Shown in pieces: positions 59,022-64,000 of a DNA stretch of 64,000 bases (position 1 is its first letter; every line of letters starts with the position of its first letter). The position numbers were made by a program, and so were the translations under genes. The stretch lies in NCBI GenBank assembly GCA_038733315.1, contig JAVYPJ010000001.1, positions 71,863 through 135,862 on the forward strand. Direction: 5' to 3'. The notes under the pieces are model-generated. The model was not told the DNA's origin. It worked only from the letters and a program-made list of their open reading frames with translations, and did not search any database. The stretch is from Candidatus Aenigmatarchaeota archaeon. GTDB taxonomy: Archaea > Aenigmatarchaeota > Aenigmatarchaeia > CG10238-14 > SpSt-28.

Positions 59022-62000
59022 ATGAAAAAAGAAAAAATTTTTTTGATTTTTCTTTTTTTTACAATTTTTATATTTAACTTTTCTCTATCTTTTTCTCAAA
59101 CCTGGCTTTCTGGTTGGCAATATAGAATTCCAATAACAATTAGAGAAAATTCTGGGAATACTTTAACAGATTACCAAATTTTAGTAACAATAAATACTCA
59201 GAACTTAATTTCTCAAGGAAAAATGAGAAGTGATTGCGGAGATATAAGATTTACTGATAGTGATGGAAGAACTTTATTGAATTATTGGATTGAAGATGGA
59301 TGTAATTCTACTAATACAAAAATTTGGGTAAAAGTACCAAATATTCCTGCTAATTCAAATAAAATAATTTATTTGTATTATGGAAATCCAAATGCTAATT
59401 CGATGAGTAATGGAGATTTGGTTTTTGAATTTTTTGATGATTTTAGAACAAATCCCAATACAAATGGTAAATGGAGAATTTTTAGATACTCAAATGACGT
59501 TAATAACGAGTTCGTATGGGACAACACAAATAATCAAGTGTATCTGACAAGAAATTTAAATGGTAAAGGTGTTATGGCGTTTTTTAATAAATCTTTTTCA
59601 CCATATAATACCATTACAGAATTTGAAATTTATATTGGCGGCGGTAATGGTGCTGACGGATTGTCGTTTTATTTCGATAAAAACATAAATCCATATATAA
59701 CCTATGGAAGAGCACTTGCTGGAGGCAGTATGGCAAGTATGGCCTTCGATGGTTCTAATTCCTATCTTTCTGAAGGATATAGCATAGGATTCGATACTCG
59801 GCGAAACACCGAAAATGGATATGAACAATCTACGCCACATATAGAAGTTGCAAGGACTAGCGCAACAAACCCTAGTGTACATTATTCGGGAGCTCATCTA
59901 ACTTCCGTCTCTTATTCAAACTTAAGAGGAAATTGGTTGAAGGTAGTAGTAATAATAAAATCTAATGCTGTTGAAGTTTATATAAACAACGTTCTACAAC
60001 TCAGTTATACTGGTTTAACATCTCTAAATTATAACTGGCAGGGGATTGGTGCGTCGACTGGCGGGTATAATGACAATCATGCGATAAAAAACTTAAGAGT
60101 TAGAAAATTCGCACCACAAGAGCCAACATATACATTAGGTAGGGAAGAGTCCATCACTTTAGTTCCCGTATGGCTAAGTTATTTTTCTAACGTTTCTCAA
60201 GCTATAATTAATCAGCCGATAAAATTTTCGAGCTTATGGAATGCTTCCCAAATTCCATATTTAACCCAACCTTCTCAAACCTGGCTTTCTGGTTGGCAAT
60301 ATAGAATTCCAATAACAATTAGAGAAAATTCTGGGAATACTTTAACAGATTACCAAATTTTAGTAACAATAAATACTCAGAACTTAATTTCTCAAGGAAA
60401 AATGAGAAGTGATTGCGGAGATATAAGATTTACTGATAGTGATGGAAGAACTTTATTGAATTATTGGATTGAAGATGGATGTAATTCTACTAATACAAAA
60501 ATTTGGGTAAAAGTACCAAATATTCCTGCTAATTCAAATAAAATAATTTATTTGTATTATGGAAATCCAAGTGCTACTTCTATGAGTAATGGAGATAATA
60601 CTTTTATATTTTTTGATGATTTCTCCTTTAGAAACATTTCCAAATGGAATTGGCCTGACAACTGGATTATAGAAAATAACACAGCAAAACAAACAGTAGC
60701 GAATTGGTGGAGTTCCGAGTTGATCTCTCAAAAACTGAATATTGGAATCAGCAATTATGTTGGTATTTGTATAAAAACGTTGGCCATAAACGACGGCACC
60801 GTTCGGGCGTACGATGTTGTAGTCTCAGTTAATATTAGTAATTCGTGGTATAATTCACCGTTCTTTACAACGTCCTATGCATGGTACGGTTTTTTCGATA
60901 GAATATGTTCTGGAAGTGGAAGTTGCCCGTATGGAGAGACTAGGCAATGGAGAGTCTATGATATTATAATATTTACTAATAATCAAACGTGGTATTTGGA
61001 CGGATCTGTTATAGATTCTAGAAATTCAGCCGTAGGTAATATTATTTATAATTTTGCCATAAATTCAAAAGGTGTTAGTAGATTCGATTATTTTATAGTT
61101 AGAAAATGTAGTAGAATAAATCCAATTGTTTCTCTTGGAAGTGAAGAGATACTTTCCTCATCTTCAAGCGTCTTTCTCTCAAACTACATTTTCTCATATA
61201 AATTAGGAAATTCTCAATGGATTAATGAAACCTATAGATTTGGTCCCGTATATCAAACCTGGCTTTCTGGTTGGCAATATAGAATTCCTATAACAATTAG
61301 AGAAAATTCTGGAAATACTTTAACAGATTATCAAATTTTAGTAACGATAAACACTCAGAACTTAATTTCTCAAGGAAAAATGAGAAATGATTGTGGAGAT
61401 ATAAGATTTATAGATAGTGATGGAAGTATTTTATTAAATTATTGGATTGAAAGTGGTTGCAATACAACTAATACAAGAATTTGGGTAAAAGTACCAAATA
61501 TTCCGGCTAATTCTCAAAAAACAATTTATTTGTATTATGGAAATCCAAGTGCTACTTCTATGAGTAATGGAACTAGCACTTTTATATTTTTTGATGATTT
61601 TGAAGATGGTGATTACACTAATAATCCTGTATGGAATATAGATACCGGTCAAAAAATATGTACAAGCTACTGTTGTGGAAGTTATAGTGCTTCTAACAGA
61701 TATTTAGAATTAACATCAGGTTTTTGCTCTTTAAATCTTTATTCAGATTTACCTCAACCGATATCACCACAAAAAATAGCAATAGATTTTAACTCTTGGT
61801 GGACAGGAACACATTGTTATAATAATGAAGTTCTCTTACTAAACTCATCAAACGCTATAATGATTGGTGGTGGCGGTGTTTTATGTGATTATCATTCTAT
61901 AAGAGCCCTAGAGCTTAGAGTAAATAATAATTTTTATTCTAGCAGCTTGGATTTCCCATATGGCACTTGGCATCGTATAACTATTATATTTAATGGAACT

Positions 62001-63149
62001 CATTATACTGTTAGAATGAACGATGTAAATACTTATTCTATTTCTGAAGCAATCTATCCATATCCTATAACGACAATATACATAGGAGGTTGGCAACATT
62101 CTATGGGCGCTAAATTTGATAATATTAGAATTCGCAAATACACTTCACCAGAACCAACAGTTTCCATAGGAAATGAAGAAACTATGCTACCTTTCACAGC
62201 CTGGGCAAATGTTACAAAAAGTTTCTCTCAGCCAGGAACATTGTGTTGGAAATTTTATGCAAACAATACTCTAAATCTATGGAATGTTACGCCAGAAAGT
62301 TGCTTAAATATAATTTCGCCAGATTTTTGGCTAGAAGCTAAACTATTAGATCCTAGAGAAAATAGTATAATAAACCTAATTCCTGGAGAAGGAATTCAAG
62401 TAAAAGCAAATGTAACATTAAGGTCTAACTATTTCTTTTGTACGAATGGAAACGCAACTCTAAGATATAATACTTCGACTTCAATGCTACCAAATACTGC
62501 AATACCAACGTCTTCCGCACCTATAACAACAGATACAAATCCAATATACGTTGGAAATCTATGTGTAAATAATTCTACTCAAGTTGTTTTTAATTTAATA
62601 GCTAACAGTCAAACTTATAAGATAGTAGATGTAAATTTCTGCTTTGAGCAAATATGTAATAATACATTGCGTTTTTTTGTTAACGTTTCTATAACAACAC
62701 CAAGAAACCTAACATTAAAAAAAGGATGGAACTTAATTTCTATACCCTATAAAACTATAAATCTTGATTTGAACAGAGATGGATGTAATTTAAGAGAAAG
62801 GGTATTTCACTATTTTAATGCTTCGTCGAACTCTTGGGAATATCATACCTATAAAAATTTAAGAGGTGGAATAGCATATTGGATTTATAGCGAAAAAAAT
62901 TGTGAATCGGTTTTATATGTTAGTGACGCAGTTACTCCAAACGACATGCCAGGAATAATACGAGGAAAAAAGAATTATATAGGTAGTTTAAGCTCTTCAA
63001 GAAGTCTTCAAGAAATATATACCAACATACGACAACTATGTAATTCTGTCAGTATAGCACGCTGGGATTCCGAAAGAAACGCATTCTTAAATATAGATAT
63101 ATCAAGCAATTTAACTCCTTGGTACGGTTATATCTTAGAATGTTCTTAA
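59022..63149 (+). CDS. Secreted multi-cassette surface protein: three DUF2341-like heads, each with a different lectin-like passenger
   Basis: Signal peptide; three WLSGWQYRIPITI...DIRF...YWIE...WVKVP...YYGNP heads; many N-x-S/T sequons; C-terminal GWNLISIP...YWI domain. Confidence 0.85.
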   Translation: MKKEKIFLIFLFFTIFIFNFSLSFSQTWLSGWQYRIPITIRENSGNTLTDYQILVTINTQNLISQGKMRSDCGDIRFTDSDGRTLLNYWIEDGCNSTNTKIWVKVPNIPANSNKIIYLYYGNPNANSMSNGDLVFEFFDDFRTNPNTNGKWRIFRYSNDVNNEFVWDNTNNQVYLTRNLNGKGVMAFFNKSFSPYNTITEFEIYIGGGNGADGLSFYFDKNINPYITYGRALAGGSMASMAFDGSNSYLSEGYSIGFDTRRNTENGYEQSTPHIEVARTSATNPSVHYSGAHLTSVSYSNLRGNWLKVVVIIKSNAVEVYINNVLQLSYTGLTSLNYNWQGIGASTGGYNDNHAIKNLRVRKFAPQEPTYTLGREESITLVPVWLSYFSNVSQAIINQPIKFSSLWNASQIPYLTQPSQTWLSGWQYRIPITIRENSGNTLTDYQILVTINTQNLISQGKMRSDCGDIRFTDSDGRTLLNYWIEDGCNSTNTKIWVKVPNIPANSNKIIYLYYGNPSATSMSNGDNTFIFFDDFSFRNISKWNWPDNWIIENNTAKQTVANWWSSELISQKLNIGISNYVGICIKTLAINDGTVRAYDVVVSVNISNSWYNSPFFTTSYAWYGFFDRICSGSGSCPYGETRQWRVYDIIIFTNNQTWYLDGSVIDSRNSAVGNIIYNFAINSKGVSRFDYFIVRKCSRINPIVSLGSEEILSSSSSVFLSNYIFSYKLGNSQWINETYRFGPVYQTWLSGWQYRIPITIRENSGNTLTDYQILVTINTQNLISQGKMRNDCGDIRFIDSDGSILLNYWIESGCNTTNTRIWVKVPNIPANSQKTIYLYYGNPSATSMSNGTSTFIFFDDFEDGDYTNNPVWNIDTGQKICTSYCCGSYSASNRYLELTSGFCSLNLYSDLPQPISPQKIAIDFNSWWTGTHCYNNEVLLLNSSNAIMIGGGGVLCDYHSIRALELRVNNNFYSSSLDFPYGTWHRITIIFNGTHYTVRMNDVNTYSISEAIYPYPITTIYIGGWQHSMGAKFDNIRIRKYTSPEPTVSIGNEETMLPFTAWANVTKSFSQPGTLCWKFYANNTLNLWNVTPESCLNIISPDFWLEAKLLDPRENSIINLIPGEGIQVKANVTLRSNYFFCTNGNATLRYNTSTSMLPNTAIPTSSAPITTDTNPIYVGNLCVNNSTQVVFNLIANSQTYKIVDVNFCFEQICNNTLRFFVNVSITTPRNLTLKKGWNLISIPYKTINLDLNRDGCNLRERVFHYFNASSNSWEYHTYKNLRGGIAYWIYSEKNCESVLYVSDAVTPNDMPGIIRGKKNYIGSLSSSRSLQEIYTNIRQLCNSVSIARWDSERNAFLNIDISSNLTPWYGYILECS
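59093..59391. repeat. 299-bp exact repeat, cassette head copy A
   Basis: Identical to 60272-60570. Confidence 0.93.
60272..60570. repeat. Cassette head copy B
   Basis: Identical to copy A; downstream sequence then follows copy C. Confidence 0.93.
61253..61600. repeat. Cassette head copy C (diverged)
   Basis: Scattered substitutions relative to A/B; 3' end matches B. Confidence 0.9.
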
Positions 63150-63556
63150 CTAGCTCTTGGCCTCCAACTAAAAACTATTAATTCTTTATAATATATTTTT
63201 CCATCACTAAAAACTAATTCCGCTTCGCTTGTAGATGGAAATTGTTGAAATGGTTGATTGCATGGGGAAACTCTTATATCTATAGTTACAAAATATCCAA
63301 AATCCCTTAATTTTTCTAATGTCTTAGCAAACTCCTCTGTATTATATTTAAATTCTTCACAATCTTTTGACAAACTCGCTATTTCTAAGAACTTTTCCTT
63401 AATGTTTTTAACTAAAAGAGCGTATTCAGGTATGTATTGAGATGTATCTACATAAAACATTCCTGTAATAGTAAAGTATAGAGCTATTAAAGCGCCTACA
63501 ATTAAAACTGCTGTTAAAGTCATGAACTGTGCTTTATAATATTTGTAATATTGCAT
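63146..63556 (-). CDS. Pilin-like protein with class III signal peptide
   Basis: KA/QF followed by a hydrophobic helix. Confidence 0.6.
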   Translation of the reverse strand: MQYYKYYKAQFMTLTAVLIVGALIALYFTITGMFYVDTSQYIPEYALLVKNIKEKFLEIASLSKDCEEFKYNTEEFAKTLEKLRDFGYFVTIDIRVSPCNQPFQQFPSTSEAELVFSDGKIYYKELIVFSWRPRAS

Positions 63557-63833
63557 GTTTTTGCCCATCTATAATTAAAATGTTCTTTTCACTAATTAAA
63601 CCTTTTTCAATAAGTAAATTTACAACATTTTTTCCAAATGCATTTATAACGTTAAAACTTTCGTTACTTATAAGACTTAGAAGTTCGTTCTGATTAACAG
63701 TTCTTTCGAAATAAAAATCTTTGGAAACTTTTAATTTAACACCCCTATACTCGAATTCTTTATCTATAACATCTATATCGCAAATAGCTAATATTTTTAC
63801 TCCGAATTTTTCATGAATCTTTATACAAAACAT
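63534..63833 (-). CDS. DUF424-family protein
   Basis: LAICD, VSKDFY, INAFG, HA motifs. Confidence 0.85.
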   Translation of the reverse strand: MFCIKIHEKFGVKILAICDIDVIDKEFEYRGVKLKVSKDFYFERTVNQNELLSLISNESFNVINAFGKNVVNLLIEKGLISEKNILIIDGQKHAILQIL

Positions 63834-64000
63834 TTAATATCTCAATATTTTTTTATTTCCACAAGCTTCACACCTTAAATATCTTATATTATTTTCCTTG
63901 ATTATAACAGTTTCCGGTTTTTGGCATAAATCGCATAAAACAAAGTACTTAACGTATTCATCTAACTTTTTCCTTAGAATTTCTCTATTAATAATTCCGT
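63834..64000 (-). CDS. eif2b: Translation initiation factor aIF-2 beta, C-terminal part (partial)
   Basis: Manual translation YVKYFVLCDLCQKPET...LRCEACG. Confidence 0.88.
   Translation of the reverse strand, partial: GIINREILRKKLDEYVKYFVLCDLCQKPETVIIKENNIRYLRCEACGNKKILRY

Noticed and set aside
59038..59060. T7/T8 runs in the signal peptide of the 1375-aa protein as a phase switch
   Set aside because: The gene is in frame and such runs are common in Phe-rich segments throughout this window; needs read data.
1..64000. CRISPR array, transposase, integrase, reverse transcriptase/DGR, rRNA
   Set aside because: No regularly spaced short repeats or matching protein motifs seen; repeat pairs do not show adenine-specific mismatches.

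Overview
Very AT-rich, gene-dense archaeal chromosome segment. Its content (fibrillarin/Nop5, PCNA, RFC, PolB, TFB, TFS, HerA/NurA, Cdc48, dispersed ribosomal-protein genes, almost no biosynthetic genes) fits a reduced-genome DPANN archaeon, possibly Aenigmarchaeota-like; the taxonomy is an inference. About 60 housekeeping genes are intact, and there are two tRNAs: Leu-UAG and an intron-containing Ala-CGC. The most striking signal is a candidate surface-variation system. A cassette made of a near-constant DUF2341-like head, a variable passenger domain and a short conserved 'K..PEP...EE' tail occurs four times. Three copies sit in a 1375-aa secreted protein, where two heads are identical over 299 bp, and one copy is inserted in frame into a type IV pilin. 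That pilin-adhesin gene is out of frame with its ATG because of an (AT)6 microsatellite directly after the start codon, which looks like a phase-variable switch in the OFF state. Other highlights: a circularly permuted GT4 glycosyltransferase, a silent GT2 paralogue sharing a homogenised 5' block with the intact copy, a homopolymer-frameshifted FkbM methyltransferase, an unannotated 39-aa ORF resembling the Cdc48 C-terminal tail, and a start-less ORF behind a GC-rich hairpin. All family assignments come from motif recognition by eye; no database searches were run.
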